Below, piece by piece: positions 39,454 through 49,640 of a stretch of 64,000 nucleotides of DNA. Location of the stretch: contig CBDFMQ010000001.1 in NCBI GenBank assembly GCA_965249725.1, positions 192,001 to 256,000 on the forward strand, in the 5' to 3' direction. The DNA comes from Longimicrobiales bacterium (GTDB lineage: Bacteria; Gemmatimonadota; Gemmatimonadetes; Longimicrobiales; Gaopeijiaceae). A model generated the notes under the pieces. It had not been told where the DNA came from and ran no database searches. It saw only the letters and a list, made by a program, of their open reading frames with translations. Every line of letters begins with the position of its first letter. The first letter of the stretch is position 1. The position numbers and the translations under genes were made by a program.

Positions 39454-40055
39454 GGAATCCTCCTTGTGTAGGGACTCGAGTTGGTCTTGTCGGTTTCCAC
39501 TGAGCCAGTGGGTGGCCCGGTAGGCACCTTGGTCCATCCGCGCGGAGAATCCGCGCATGGCGACGGAGAGCCGTGACCACCTGGGCTCGGCGGTGGAACG
39601 GGAGACACTCATCGCACACATCCTTCGTTGCGCGCCCCGGGGGGCACTCGCTGCTTGTGGAAGGAGGCTAGAGTCGGGCCATCAGACCGGTATCAGCCGG
39701 GAGTCAGACGGTTCGGACAGGTTTGGTGGCAGGGCCCCGGGAGACCCGTTGAAGCGAGGTCGCCGTCCAAGCGTCCCATTCCTCGTAGCTGCACGGCGTG
39801 AAGCGTGTGTAATCTCCGTAACATGTTGCCACCTATGGGATTGTCCGAATTGTACGCCGAAGCGGGGATGCACTCGTGGCGGGCGTGGCGTGGGTCGTCG
39901 ACTGCGCCTGAGGGACGAATGATTCACATGTCGTGACCGATGTCCGGTGCTTGCGTTTCCAGGCGGCCGTGGACAATGATCAGGCACCGTCGGAGTCTAG
40001 AATCCTGCCGTCTTCCCCCAGGCGATGCTCCGGCCACGCTTGAAGGGCCTCTGCC

Positions 40056-42053
40056 ATGACCGTCCGTCTCAACACGCTGGGCAGACTTCAGGTGTTCCGC
40101 GGGCCCGAGGAGTTGAAGTCCTACGCGGTCCGTGGAACGCGGTGCGCCCTTCTGCTCTACATCGCCCTCGAGCGTGACACCACTCGAGACGCCGCGATGG
40201 GGCTCGTCTGGCCCGAGAGTTCTCCGGAGAAGGCCCGACACTCCCTGAGCCAGACTCTCTACGAGTTGCGGAAGGACCTCGGTGAAGATTGGATCGAATC
40301 GGCGGGGGAGGTGCTGCGCGCCAGTGACTTGGAGTCGGACGCCGAGCGATTCGTTCAAGCCGTTGAGGCCGAGAGGTACGAGGAGGCGTTGGACCTGTAC
40401 CACGGGGCGTTTCTCGAGGGTACCTATCTCGTCGACTCGGGCGACTTCCAGAGGTGGGTCGAACGGCAACGCTCCGCCATCGACCGAATGAGGAGGAATG
40501 CCCAGCGTGCCGAGTTGGAGCGACGTCTGGGGCTGCGGGACCTCGAAGGAGCCCTGGCGGTGACCTACTCATGGGTCGAGTGCGACCCGCTCGACGATGA
40601 GGCGCAGCACGCGTTGGTCAAGCTGCTCGCCGACGCCGGACGTCGGTCGGAGGCGCTCAGTCAGTTCGACGAATTCGAGCGCATGCTCCGCCGGGAGCTG
40701 GAGGTCAGTCCTCTCGAGGAGACATGCCGCCTGATTGAGCAGATTCGGGCCGGAAACGAAGAAGTGCTCGGCGCCGGGCGCCCCGGTCCGGGACCGGAGG
40801 TTGGCGGGTCCAGCGTCTCGATTCCGGAGGGGGCTCACGGCACCGAGGCGGAGACCGTGAAGTCGGATCGAGGCGTCCGCGGGCTCCTCGAAGCGACCTT
40901 GGCGGGCGAGTTCGACGTTGTTCGCAAGATCGGAGAAGGGTTGATGGCCGAGATCTTCCTCGCCCGCGAGGTGAGTTTACGCCGGTTAGTCGCCATAAAG
41001 GTGCTGAGGCCCGAGCACGCTGAGACCGAGACGGCCAGGCGGAGGTTCATTCGTGAGACACAGGCCGCCGCACGGGTCTCGGACCCTAATGTGGCCGCGG
41101 TCTTCCGGACCGGGTTCCTACAGGACGATCTGCCCTATCTCGTCATGGAGTGGATCAAGGGAACGAGCCTGGCCGACTGGCTGGCCTCGGGGACCCAGCT
41201 CGGAGAGGACGGCATCAGACGGGTGGTTCTCGGCATCGCCAAAGGGCTCGCCGGAGCCCACGCGAAGAGAATCGTCCATCGAGACGTGCGTCCGGACAAC
41301 GTCCTGGTCGAGGAAGACACGGGTCGGGTGGCCCTGACGGATTTCGGGATCGCAGCGACGTTGGCCACCGGCGCGGAAACGCCGGAACGGCTCACGGAAA
41401 CGGGGGAGCTGCTGAGCCATCCGCGTTACGCCGCTCCGGAGCAGTTTGCGGGACACGGGGTGACCGAACGCGCCGACATCTACAGTCTGGGCGTCATCGC
41501 CTTCGAGATGCTCACGGGCGAGCACCCATTCGGAGAAATGTCGGCGGCGGAGATGGCCGCGGCGAAGCTCCACGACGAGCCGAGGGGCGTTCTCGCGGTC
41601 CGAGAGGGTGTTGACCCGGGTCTGGCCGCCGTAGTGGACCGCTGCCTAGCGCGCTCTGCGGAGCGACGGCCTCGAGCGGTGGAGGTCGTGGCCGAGCTGG
41701 GGGGCGTCGCCGCACGAGGCGCGGTGACCGGGCCCGAGCACACGCAACCGAAGTCGGGTTCGCTTCTGTCAGAGCTGCGAGCTCGACGGATCCCGGTTGC
41801 GGTGGGGGGCTTCTTCCTGCTGAGCTGGGGGCTGCTGTTCTGGGGCAACGCATTGGTCGAGGCAGGCGCCGCCGGGCCGGCAGTGTATCCGCTCCTTCTC
41901 GTGTTCCTGGCTTCGGGGTTCCACGCGGTCCTTATTCGCACCTGGTTCCACGGAAAACCGGGTGAACATCCTACTTCTGCGATGGAGTTGTGGATGTTGG
42001 GGGCGGTGGTGTGGGTGTGGGCGGTGGTGAGCCTGCTGGTGGTCATGGTGTGA
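40056..42053 (+). CDS. BTAD (SARP-type) domain + Hanks protein kinase + C-terminal 3-TM fusion
   Basis: LGRLQV, LVWPES, LYHGAFLEG, DPLDDEA (BTAD); VAIK, HRDVRPDN, DFG, APE. Confidence 0.88.
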   Translation: MTVRLNTLGRLQVFRGPEELKSYAVRGTRCALLLYIALERDTTRDAAMGLVWPESSPEKARHSLSQTLYELRKDLGEDWIESAGEVLRASDLESDAERFVQAVEAERYEEALDLYHGAFLEGTYLVDSGDFQRWVERQRSAIDRMRRNAQRAELERRLGLRDLEGALAVTYSWVECDPLDDEAQHALVKLLADAGRRSEALSQFDEFERMLRRELEVSPLEETCRLIEQIRAGNEEVLGAGRPGPGPEVGGSSVSIPEGAHGTEAETVKSDRGVRGLLEATLAGEFDVVRKIGEGLMAEIFLAREVSLRRLVAIKVLRPEHAETETARRRFIRETQAAARVSDPNVAAVFRTGFLQDDLPYLVMEWIKGTSLADWLASGTQLGEDGIRRVVLGIAKGLAGAHAKRIVHRDVRPDNVLVEEDTGRVALTDFGIAATLATGAETPERLTETGELLSHPRYAAPEQFAGHGVTERADIYSLGVIAFEMLTGEHPFGEMSAAEMAAAKLHDEPRGVLAVREGVDPGLAAVVDRCLARSAERRPRAVEVVAELGGVAARGAVTGPEHTQPKSGSLLSELRARRIPVAVGGFFLLSWGLLFWGNALVEAGAAGPAVYPLLLVFLASGFHAVLIRTWFHGKPGEHPTSAMELWMLGAVVWVWAVVSLLVVMV

Positions 42054-42194
42054 CTCGAAGCGCGACGAGCGACTCGTACGCGTCCGGCTCGGGGTCGGTT
42101 GCGTCATTTTTCCCTGGCAAACCATGCTACACGGCCGTATGCTCTTGGACACCGGCCCCCCAGCCAGCAGTCGGTATCCCAAGGAAGCGTCCCC

Positions 42195-45100
42195 GTGCGT
42201 GACCGCTTGGATCACCTGCGCGTCGTTCTTTCCGACCGCTACGCCATCCAGCGTGAGCTGGGCGAGGGCGGGATGGCACACGTCTATCTGGCCGATGACC
42301 TCCGGCACAGCCGCAAGGTCGCCCTCAAGGTGATTCGTCCCGAGCTTGCCGAGGCCGTCGGATCGGACCGTTTCCTCCGCGAGATAAGAATCACTGCAGG
42401 ACTCGTCCACCCGCACATTCGACCCCTCCTCGATTCCGGCCATATAGAGCACACGCTCTTCTACGCCATGCCGTTTGCGGAGGGCGAGACGTTGAGGGAG
42501 TGGCTTGATCGCGAGGGGCAACTCCCCGTCGAAGACGCTTTCCGCCTGACACGCGAAATCGCCGACGGGCTCGACTACGCTCACGAGTCCGGCGTCGTTC
42601 ACCGTGACATCAAGCCCGCCAACATCATGATCGAGGCGGGGCATGCGGTCATTAGCGACTTCGGAGTCGCACTGGCGATCGAGAGCCACGGACAGGAGCG
42701 CATCACCGGCTCCGGGGTCACCGTGGGCACGGCCGAATACATGAGCCCAGAACAGTGCGGGGCGGAGGGCCAGTTGGACGGCCGATCCGACATCTACAGC
42801 CTCGGCTGTGTGCTGTATGAGATGCTTGCAGGCCAACCGCCCTTCACAGGTCGCACCGCCCTCGCGGTGGTGGCTCGCCACCTGCGGGAGCCCGCCCCCT
42901 CCATCCGTGTGGTTCGTCCAGACGTGCCGGAGCCCGTCGACGAGCTGATTCGTCGGGCGATGGCGAAGGCGCCGGCGGATCGCTTCAAGACCGCGGGGCA
43001 AATGCGCGACGCCTTGTCCCATGCCCAGGTTGTCGGTCCGGCGGCACGGGTACGCTCATGGACTGCCGTGGCGGCCGTGGCGACCGCTATCGCCGTCCTT
43101 CTTGTGCTCTTCCTCACGCGAGGCGGGACGCCGCCGATCGACGTTGACCCCTCTCTCTACGTGGTGCTCCCGTTCGTCCACAGAGACGGGAGCGCACCAG
43201 GTCTGATCACCGGGGATCGCTGTGAGACGCTCGTGTATCAGTCGTTGGATCGCTGGGGAGTGCAGGTGGTCGACCTGATCCGCGTGAACGACGCGTTGGC
43301 CAGACGAAGGGGTGTGATTTCCGGGCTCGAGGACGCGTTGGCGATCAGCCGGAGTCTGGGGGCGGGCAGGCTCATCTGGGGGCAGCTATGGGATGCAGGA
43401 GACTCTACCGTGGTTCGCGGCGTACTCTACGACGTAGCTGAGCCGGAACGACCCGTTCAGGAGTACGCTACGCGGATACCGCCCGACCTGCAGGACTTCG
43501 GGGCACGGTTCGATGAAATGGTCGATGGGCTACTCTTTGGACAGACGACGTCACGAGCCGCCGCGACGCGGATGGGCGGGACGACCTCTTTCGATGCCTT
43601 CTTGAAGTTCGACGAGGGCCACCGGTTCCTGGAGGAGTGGGACCTGGACGGGGCGTCCGAGGGCTTCGGCTCTGCCGTGGACATCGATCCGGAGTACACG
43701 CAGGCTTCTCTGTGGCGCGCGCTCGTCGGTCTGTTCTCGGGTGAGCCGGCGTCGAGTTGGCGGGCCCATGCTTCTCGCGCGCTGGCCGTGCCGAGTGGGC
43801 TGCTCGGTACGGACTCGCTGCTGGCCGCCTCCCTCAACGAGCTAGCCGGGGAGCGCTGGGTCCAGGCTTGCGAGGGATTCTCCGAGCTCGTAGCACTGGA
43901 TCGGGCGAGTTTCACGGCGTGGCTTGGGTTGGGGGAGTGTCTCGCACGCGACCGAGTCGTTGTCGAGAACTCGGCGAGCCCCTCGGGCTGGAGCTTTCGC
44001 TCCAGTTGGCACGCGGCCGGCGAAGCGTATCGGGCGGCACTTCAGTTGGTACCGTCTTACAACCTAGTGCTGCAGGACACGTCTATCGCTCGCCTCGAGA
44101 GCGTTCTCCCGACGGTAACCACGAGAATGCGAGGCGGCCATGCACTGCTGCCGGATACCGTCCTCTTCGCTGCGTTCGTCGAGCTCGAGGACGATACGCT
44201 CGGGCACGTCCCCTACCTCCTTCCGGAGATCATCGCTGGTCGACGGGCCAACATGCCCGCCACGACGACGAGTGCGGTCGACCGTAATCGTCAGATCCTG
44301 ATGGAGATAACGGGAAACTGGGCGACGGCTTTTCCGGACGACCCAGGAGCGCTGGAGGCGCTGGCAAGAGCCCAGGAACCCCTTGGGCTCCTGGAAGCGA
44401 CGGGCGATTTCACAACCTCTGCTCTCGATGCGGTCCGCAGGGCCAGGGTGAGGGCCGATTCCTTGAGCGCTCTTCGATTGACTATGGCCGAGGTGCGAAT
44501 GCTCACCAAGTTGGGCCAGTTCGCGGAGGCAGCCAGGCTCTCGGATTCGATCCTGTTGGGCAACCCCACACCGTCGCCGCGAGAGGCGACCGACCTGGCC
44601 GGCCTGGCCCTTCTGATCGGGCGAGTCCATAGAGCTGCGGAGCTGTTGGAGGTTGCGGCGGTCGATTACGAGCCGTACGACACCGAGGGGACGGTTCCCA
44701 CGCCACTTCCGCTGATCGAGACGGCGAATCGTCTGCTCGCGTATGCGTCGGCGGGTGCGCCAATGGACAGTCTGATCGGCCTGCGCACGAGGGCGAAGCG
44801 ACAGGCGGAGAGCCTGGTACCGGGGAACGCGCGAGATCGAGTGATGCGGGCCGCGCTCTCATGGCCGTTGACGGTCGCTTATGCCGAGATCAGGCCCGAG
44901 GTGGACGATCCGGAGGGTCGGGTGGGCAACTACCTCAATCGCTGGTACAAGTTCGTTGAGTCCGGGGATCTTGCTCCGCTGCGAGAGGACATGGCTCTGG
45001 GAGTGGAGCAGCGGAGCGTGTCGGCCCCCGCGAGCATGCCGCTGAGCTTCGCCTATGGAGAAGCGCGTGTCTATTTGGCGTTGGGAGACACGGCCACGGC

Positions 45101-45338
45101 GATCGAGGTGCTGGATCATCCCCTCCAGAGTTTGCGCCTGCAGGATCAGGGGCTGACCCAAGTCGTGCACCATGCAGGTGGTCTGGTGCGCGCCATGGCC
45201 CTACGGGCCGAATTGGCTTCCGCTGCGGGAGACACGCCCGTGCAGCAGCTTTGGGCGAACCGTGTCGTGACACTTTGGGCCGGCGGAGACGACTCCGTCC
45301 AAGCCGTTGTGGAGCGCATGCGCTCGCTGCTGAATTGA
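42195..45338 (+). CDS. Receptor-like Ser/Thr protein kinase with TM and TPR-like extracytoplasmic region
   Basis: LGEGGMA, VALK, HRDIKPAN, DFG, GTAEYMSPE; TM at about aa 290-310. Confidence 0.92.
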   Translation: MRDRLDHLRVVLSDRYAIQRELGEGGMAHVYLADDLRHSRKVALKVIRPELAEAVGSDRFLREIRITAGLVHPHIRPLLDSGHIEHTLFYAMPFAEGETLREWLDREGQLPVEDAFRLTREIADGLDYAHESGVVHRDIKPANIMIEAGHAVISDFGVALAIESHGQERITGSGVTVGTAEYMSPEQCGAEGQLDGRSDIYSLGCVLYEMLAGQPPFTGRTALAVVARHLREPAPSIRVVRPDVPEPVDELIRRAMAKAPADRFKTAGQMRDALSHAQVVGPAARVRSWTAVAAVATAIAVLLVLFLTRGGTPPIDVDPSLYVVLPFVHRDGSAPGLITGDRCETLVYQSLDRWGVQVVDLIRVNDALARRRGVISGLEDALAISRSLGAGRLIWGQLWDAGDSTVVRGVLYDVAEPERPVQEYATRIPPDLQDFGARFDEMVDGLLFGQTTSRAAATRMGGTTSFDAFLKFDEGHRFLEEWDLDGASEGFGSAVDIDPEYTQASLWRALVGLFSGEPASSWRAHASRALAVPSGLLGTDSLLAASLNELAGERWVQACEGFSELVALDRASFTAWLGLGECLARDRVVVENSASPSGWSFRSSWHAAGEAYRAALQLVPSYNLVLQDTSIARLESVLPTVTTRMRGGHALLPDTVLFAAFVELEDDTLGHVPYLLPEIIAGRRANMPATTTSAVDRNRQILMEITGNWATAFPDDPGALEALARAQEPLGLLEATGDFTTSALDAVRRARVRADSLSALRLTMAEVRMLTKLGQFAEAARLSDSILLGNPTPSPREATDLAGLALLIGRVHRAAELLEVAAVDYEPYDTEGTVPTPLPLIETANRLLAYASAGAPMDSLIGLRTRAKRQAESLVPGNARDRVMRAALSWPLTVAYAEIRPEVDDPEGRVGNYLNRWYKFVESGDLAPLREDMALGVEQRSVSAPASMPLSFAYGEARVYLALGDTATAIEVLDHPLQSLRLQDQGLTQVVHHAGGLVRAMALRAELASAAGDTPVQQLWANRVVTLWAGGDDSVQAVVERMRSLLN

Positions 45339-45379
45339 CGTCGATGTTTCTTATTCCGGTACCCCCGAAGGAGGAAAAC

Positions 45380-46105
45380 ATGGCAACCGAGCAATTGAGA
45401 GCGTTGGGCTCCCGTCGAGTGTGGGTGTTAGGTGTCCTGGCGCTAGGCGTGGTATTCGCCCCCACCCTGGCCCAGAGCCAGGAACCGCGAGTCTGGACTG
45501 AGGCTGAACGAGAGGACCTTCGACGCAACATTGCCGCCGATCGCCCAGATTGGGACAGTCCGATCGACGAGATCGCCATGGACGTGATCTTGGACCGGGC
45601 CCGAAACTTGTTCTTCGACGATGTCCCGTGGGTGCAGGACCGGCAGCACTTGGTCTTCAGGGTAGTCGACGAGCTCCGCGTGGGCCCTTTGGCTACCATC
45701 AGGCCCCGAGCGGGCACCCATCTGTTGAGGAGCCCCGAGTCGGATGCCATCTGGAGTAGTGGCATCTTCGCCGCAGCGGTCGACGTGGACCTTGCCGTGC
45801 CCGCGATGGGGCTCGCGAGGGGGAAAAACTACATCTGGGTAGACGGGCCTGACATTGACGATCTCCGTGCTTATATCGTGCACGACGTGCCGAGGGGCCG
45901 TGACCTCATGGTCTCAGTTTGTTCGGTCCGCCATATGCAGCATATCACGCAATCCGATCTGTCACATGCATTGTGGGTCCACAAAGAGGACCAAGAGGCC
46001 GGAGTCTTCCAGGCTGCGATGAGGCCCCACTACGAGTGCCGCGACGGATGCTGTGACGTGGATCGATGCACACAAACGCTCCATAGGGGTGCGTCACTCC
46101 GGTAG
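45380..46105 (+). CDS. Secreted hypothetical protein with Cys-rich C-terminus
   Basis: AAGGAGGA RBS; signal peptide; ends ...YECRDGCCDVDRC... Confidence 0.72.
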   Translation: MATEQLRALGSRRVWVLGVLALGVVFAPTLAQSQEPRVWTEAEREDLRRNIAADRPDWDSPIDEIAMDVILDRARNLFFDDVPWVQDRQHLVFRVVDELRVGPLATIRPRAGTHLLRSPESDAIWSSGIFAAAVDVDLAVPAMGLARGKNYIWVDGPDIDDLRAYIVHDVPRGRDLMVSVCSVRHMQHITQSDLSHALWVHKEDQEAGVFQAAMRPHYECRDGCCDVDRCTQTLHRGASLR

Positions 46106-46171
46106 CTTCCCACGGAAAGTGGAGGGGAGGCAAGGCTCCCGGGCGGCTTCCAAGCCCTCGGGGGTCTCGCT

Positions 46172-46945
46172 TTACCCCCCGAACCGCAGCGTCCCCGGAG
46201 CCGGCGACCGCTCCAGACTCCAAAAGTCATCGGGCAGTTTCGTAAGGGGTGCGTCGCCCAGTGCGCTCTCGTTGTAGAGTCGAATAGCCTGTACCAGGGT
46301 CCGAAGGAACTTCCCTCGCACCGCCGACGTGCGCGATATCGAATAGTCGTCGGCCTCGATTTCATCGGGGAAGAGCTCTCTTCCCACTCGAAGCTGCTCG
46401 CCCAAGGTCTCGACGTGAGAGAGGAACGGATCGTCCCGAATCTCGTCCAACACTTCGATGAAGTGAGCGTTCAGATGGACGCCGTACAGATCCAGGATGC
46501 CGCTGATCTGGTCCCTCGCCCGGGCGATGACGCGGGCGGCCGATTCTGCCCAGGTCTCGTCACTCCAGGCGTAACGCACGTGCGTCAGGTCGCAATGATC
46601 GATCACCGCAGACCATTCGGAGGAGAACAGCTCCTCATATGTGTGGGGAGGGCGGCTGGGAAGTCGTTCCAGGCATCCACGCACGATCTCCGTCCACAGG
46701 TCGGACAGATCCCGCAGGGGATCCTCGGCCCTCCGAACTCCTCCCCGTGACGCCCGAGCCCGCTCGTCCATGGCCCGTCGGTCCAGAATGCGGTGCACGA
46801 ACACGAGTGTGATGAGGATGCCGAGGACTTCCGTTGCGAGCCCCGGTGCGAAGTCCCGAATGAAGCCGGTGTCCTGACCCCAGATCAGGTGGGCCACGGA
46901 CACAAAGGCGACGATCATTGCCAACGTGATGTAGATCGCTCTCAC
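46172..46945 (-). CDS. Hypothetical membrane protein, paralog of 38381..39088
   Basis: AAGGAG RBS before GTG; GLATEVLGILITLVFV..LDRR motif. Confidence 0.72.
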   Translation of the reverse strand: MRAIYITLAMIVAFVSVAHLIWGQDTGFIRDFAPGLATEVLGILITLVFVHRILDRRAMDERARASRGGVRRAEDPLRDLSDLWTEIVRGCLERLPSRPPHTYEELFSSEWSAVIDHCDLTHVRYAWSDETWAESAARVIARARDQISGILDLYGVHLNAHFIEVLDEIRDDPFLSHVETLGEQLRVGRELFPDEIEADDYSISRTSAVRGKFLRTLVQAIRLYNESALGDAPLTKLPDDFWSLERSPAPGTLRFGG

Positions 46946-47124
46946 CTGGGCTCCTTGCGGTGTCGGTGCTCGGGCCGTTTGACGCCGTCGTGGCGATCGA
47001 GCACATCCAAAGGGGTAGTTTCGCCTGGCCGGAAGCTGCGGGCGGCTCATGGGTCAGACAAGGCCGCTAACGGAGCCAGGCCGCCCCCGGCTCGTGTGGC
47101 CCGGAATCCGGCAGGTGGCATGCG

Positions 47125-47589
47125 CTACCCGGTAGGTCGCATGCAGTCGTCCCCTACGAAGCGCAACAGCACCGCTTCGACCGCCCGAACATCGGCTCCG
47201 CCGGTGGACGAGGGCTTCCGTCTGTCGTAGAGAAGGTGTCGGACCAAGGCGGCGTCGGCTCCCATCTCCGCGGCCTCCGCCCCAAGCTTGGCCCGGATCC
47301 CGGTCAGCAACTCGTTGGGGGAGGGATCCTCGCCACCGGTGTCGTGCACGAACGGGGCGCGTACGGTCAGGGTGCCGAGCGCTTCGAAGGGACAGGGCAC
47401 CCGCTCGTCGGGCATCATCACCTGGACGCTGAGGGGACGTGTCGCGTCGTGACTCCGTGCCCCCTCGGCGAGCACCACCGGGTTGGTGTCCCTGACCGGC
47501 ACGGGCCCGCTACCGCCGCCTCCAGTAGCACAGGCGGGCAGAAGGAGGAGGAACGCACCGGCCAGGGACGATGTCACTTGGGTCCTCAT
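47125..47589 (-). CDS. Hypothetical lipoprotein
   Basis: Lipobox LPAC; EAAEMGADA motif. Confidence 0.68.
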   Translation of the reverse strand: MRTQVTSSLAGAFLLLLPACATGGGGSGPVPVRDTNPVVLAEGARSHDATRPLSVQVMMPDERVPCPFEALGTLTVRAPFVHDTGGEDPSPNELLTGIRAKLGAEAAEMGADAALVRHLLYDRRKPSSTGGADVRAVEAVLLRFVGDDCMRPTG

Positions 47590-47726
47590 CGGACTCGACA
47601 CGGGGCTAGTTCTTCGAGGTGAACGGCGCATGGTGGCCTCCGCGTCGGTTGGCGAGAAGTACTGGGCTCACCCTCTCTGACGCATGAGGCGTGCCAACAT
47701 GCACTGGGTCCTGCCGTTGGGGGGTG

Positions 47727-48176
47727 CTAGCCGGCCTTGGATCCCTCGGCGTCGGCCTCTTGCTGCGGAGGCGGACGAAGGATGCGTTCGATCGCCATGG
47801 CCAGGTCCTCGTACCCGTCGGGCTTCACGAGGAAGTCGCGGACACCGAATGCGCGGGCGCGCTTCTCCACGCTTTTTTCCAGGCAGGCTGTGAACACCAC
47901 CACCGGAATCGACGACAGCTCGTCGAAATCCTGGAGCCATTCCAGGATCTCGAGCCCGGTGCCGTCCAACAGCCAGTGGTCGAGTACGATCAGTCCCGGA
48001 AGCGGGTGCCGCTGTCGATTGTCGAAGGGCCACTCGCCTCCCAGGTACGCCTCCGCTTCCGCCACACTGGCCGTGACGAACACGGGGCTGTCGAGGGCCC
48101 GGAAGTCCAAGAGAGCTTGGATCAGGGTCGCGTGTTCGTGGTTATCCTCGATGAGGAGAACCAGTTCAGTGGACAA
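47727..48176 (-). CDS. Single-domain response regulator (CheY/Rcp1-like)
   Basis: LLIEDN, IVLD phospho-acceptor, VVFT, FLVKP; TTG start inferred from RBS. Confidence 0.87.
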   Translation of the reverse strand: MSTELVLLIEDNHEHATLIQALLDFRALDSPVFVTASVAEAEAYLGGEWPFDNRQRHPLPGLIVLDHWLLDGTGLEILEWLQDFDELSSIPVVVFTACLEKSVEKRARAFGVRDFLVKPDGYEDLAMAIERILRPPPQQEADAEGSKAG

Positions 48177-48324
48177 AAGCTCAGACTCCCGGCGGGGACG
48201 GGGTTTCTCTTTGGGCGCTCGATGTTTGGGGGGGGAATTACCCAACAACGTTAGCACCCATCCCTCGTCCCCGCCACATTTTTTTACAGGTGGGAGAGCG
48301 AGGACATCCCGAGGCGAAGCCGGC

Positions 48325-48948
48325 TCAAGGCGTTCCGTTCGTCCGCCTGAACAGGCAGGACAGGAACTGCTGAGCTCCCCCTCCCGGGGTGGTGTGATCG
48401 ACGATCTCCTGGTGCTCGAGAGAGAAGTCCGGACCGATCCAGTCCGTCATGTCGTCCGCATCGTATCGTCGAACATCCAGGCCACTACAACGTGTCGGCC
48501 CCTCAGGACCGAACGTACTCAATACCGCTGCACCGCCCTCCGCGACGGACGCTCTAAGCCGCTGTCGGTACGCGGCCCGATCTTCGTCATCGGTGAGAAA
48601 ATGGAGCACAGCCCGGTCGTGCCAGACATCCCAGGGATGCGGCGACACGAATTCGGTCACGTTTGAAACGAACCACTCCACGTCCGGTGCACGATCTCCA
48701 AGACGCTTTCGTGTGATGTCGATGGCCGTGGACGATACGTCGAGAACGCCCAGGTGCCGGTAACCCGACTCCAGGAGATTATCCACCAGAGTCGACGTGC
48801 CTGCGCCTACGTCGAGAATGCGGGAGTCGCTGTCAACGCCGGCTCTGGAGATGAAGGACAGCGACGGATCGGGCCGATTCTGATACCAGCTGACCTGGGA
48901 GAGGTCCTTTTCTCGGTAGACCGTTTCCCAGTGGTCTCTCAGGTTCAA
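48325..48948 (-). CDS. Class I SAM-dependent methyltransferase
   Basis: HWETVY, VSWYQ, LDVGAG, WHDRAVLHFL. Confidence 0.9.
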   Translation of the reverse strand: MNLRDHWETVYREKDLSQVSWYQNRPDPSLSFISRAGVDSDSRILDVGAGTSTLVDNLLESGYRHLGVLDVSSTAIDITRKRLGDRAPDVEWFVSNVTEFVSPHPWDVWHDRAVLHFLTDDEDRAAYRQRLRASVAEGGAAVLSTFGPEGPTRCSGLDVRRYDADDMTDWIGPDFSLEHQEIVDHTTPGGGAQQFLSCLFRRTNGTP

Positions 48949-49160
48949 CTCGGTCTCCAGTGATTGAGCGGTCGACGTGTTGAAATGAGGTTCACGGTCT
49001 CGACAATCGACCGCAAGAGGTCACCAGAGGGAGGGATCTCCGAGTACCTGCCTCAGGTGAGCCCACGCTCGCTACGTCCCGGTGAAGATCCCGGGAATCA
49101 GGATGGGGGCAGGGGAGCGCGTCGCGGTTTCGGGGCTCATGGGCGGATCCGTGGGCGGGC

Positions 49161-49200
49161 AAAAAAGAAGGGGCCGCCCCGACGAATCGGAGCGGCCCCT
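49161..49200 (-). terminator. Intrinsic terminator after cold-shock gene 1
   Basis: AGGGGCCGCTCCGA-ttcg-TCGGGGCGGCCCCT then TCTTTTTT. Confidence 0.9.
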
Positions 49201-49226
49201 GAAGCCTCTATCAGCTCAGGAACAGG

Positions 49227-49439
49227 TCAGGTGACTCTCACCACGTTCTCTGCGGCTGGTCCCTTCTGCCCCTCGACGATCTCGAACTCGACGACGTCGC
49301 CTTCGTTCAGTGTCTTGAAGCCCTCAGCCTGAATGGCAGAGTGGTGGACAAAGCAGTCCTTGCTGTTGTCCTCCGGCGTGATGAATCCGAATCCCTTCTG
49401 ATCGTTGAACCACTTCACTGTCCCTCTGGTACGCATCAT
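49227..49439 (-). CDS. Cold-shock protein (CspA family), copy 1
   Basis: GTVKWFN..KGFGFI (RNP1), FVHHSAI (RNP2). Confidence 0.97.
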   Translation of the reverse strand: MMRTRGTVKWFNDQKGFGFITPEDNSKDCFVHHSAIQAEGFKTLNEGDVVEFEIVEGQKGPAAENVVRVT

Positions 49440-49575
49440 CCAGCTCCTTTGGTGGTCACTGTCGGAGTCCGGATGAACCGCACCTTCCGACTAGATGACT
49501 CGCGCGGAAACTCCCCCGCGCTAGGCCCCGTGCCAGTAGCGACACGGAAGAAATCCTCGACGTCGGGTCGAGGGT
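49440..49575 (-). ncRNA. Putative structured 5' leader of csp copy 1
   Basis: Four hairpins in the same order as in the csp copy 2 leader. Confidence 0.6.
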
Positions 49576-49581
49576 GAACCA

Positions 49582-49610
49582 ACGGTGCCTGCCCGTGTGC
49601 TCCCGGTCAA
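49582..49610 (-). promoter_or_regulatory. Putative sigma70 promoter of csp copy 1
   Basis: TTGACC-N17-CACCGT. Confidence 0.5.
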
Positions 49611-49640
49611 GTCTTTTCCTTTGGCACCTCGGCGCGCCTC

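Noticed and set aside
40056..45338. Kinases as part of a known anti-phage system
   Set aside because: No PglX/PglZ, nuclease or ATPase partners; architecture fits membrane signalling
48964..49160. Gene or tRNA between the methyltransferase and csp copy 1
   Set aside because: No cloverleaf and no credible ORF
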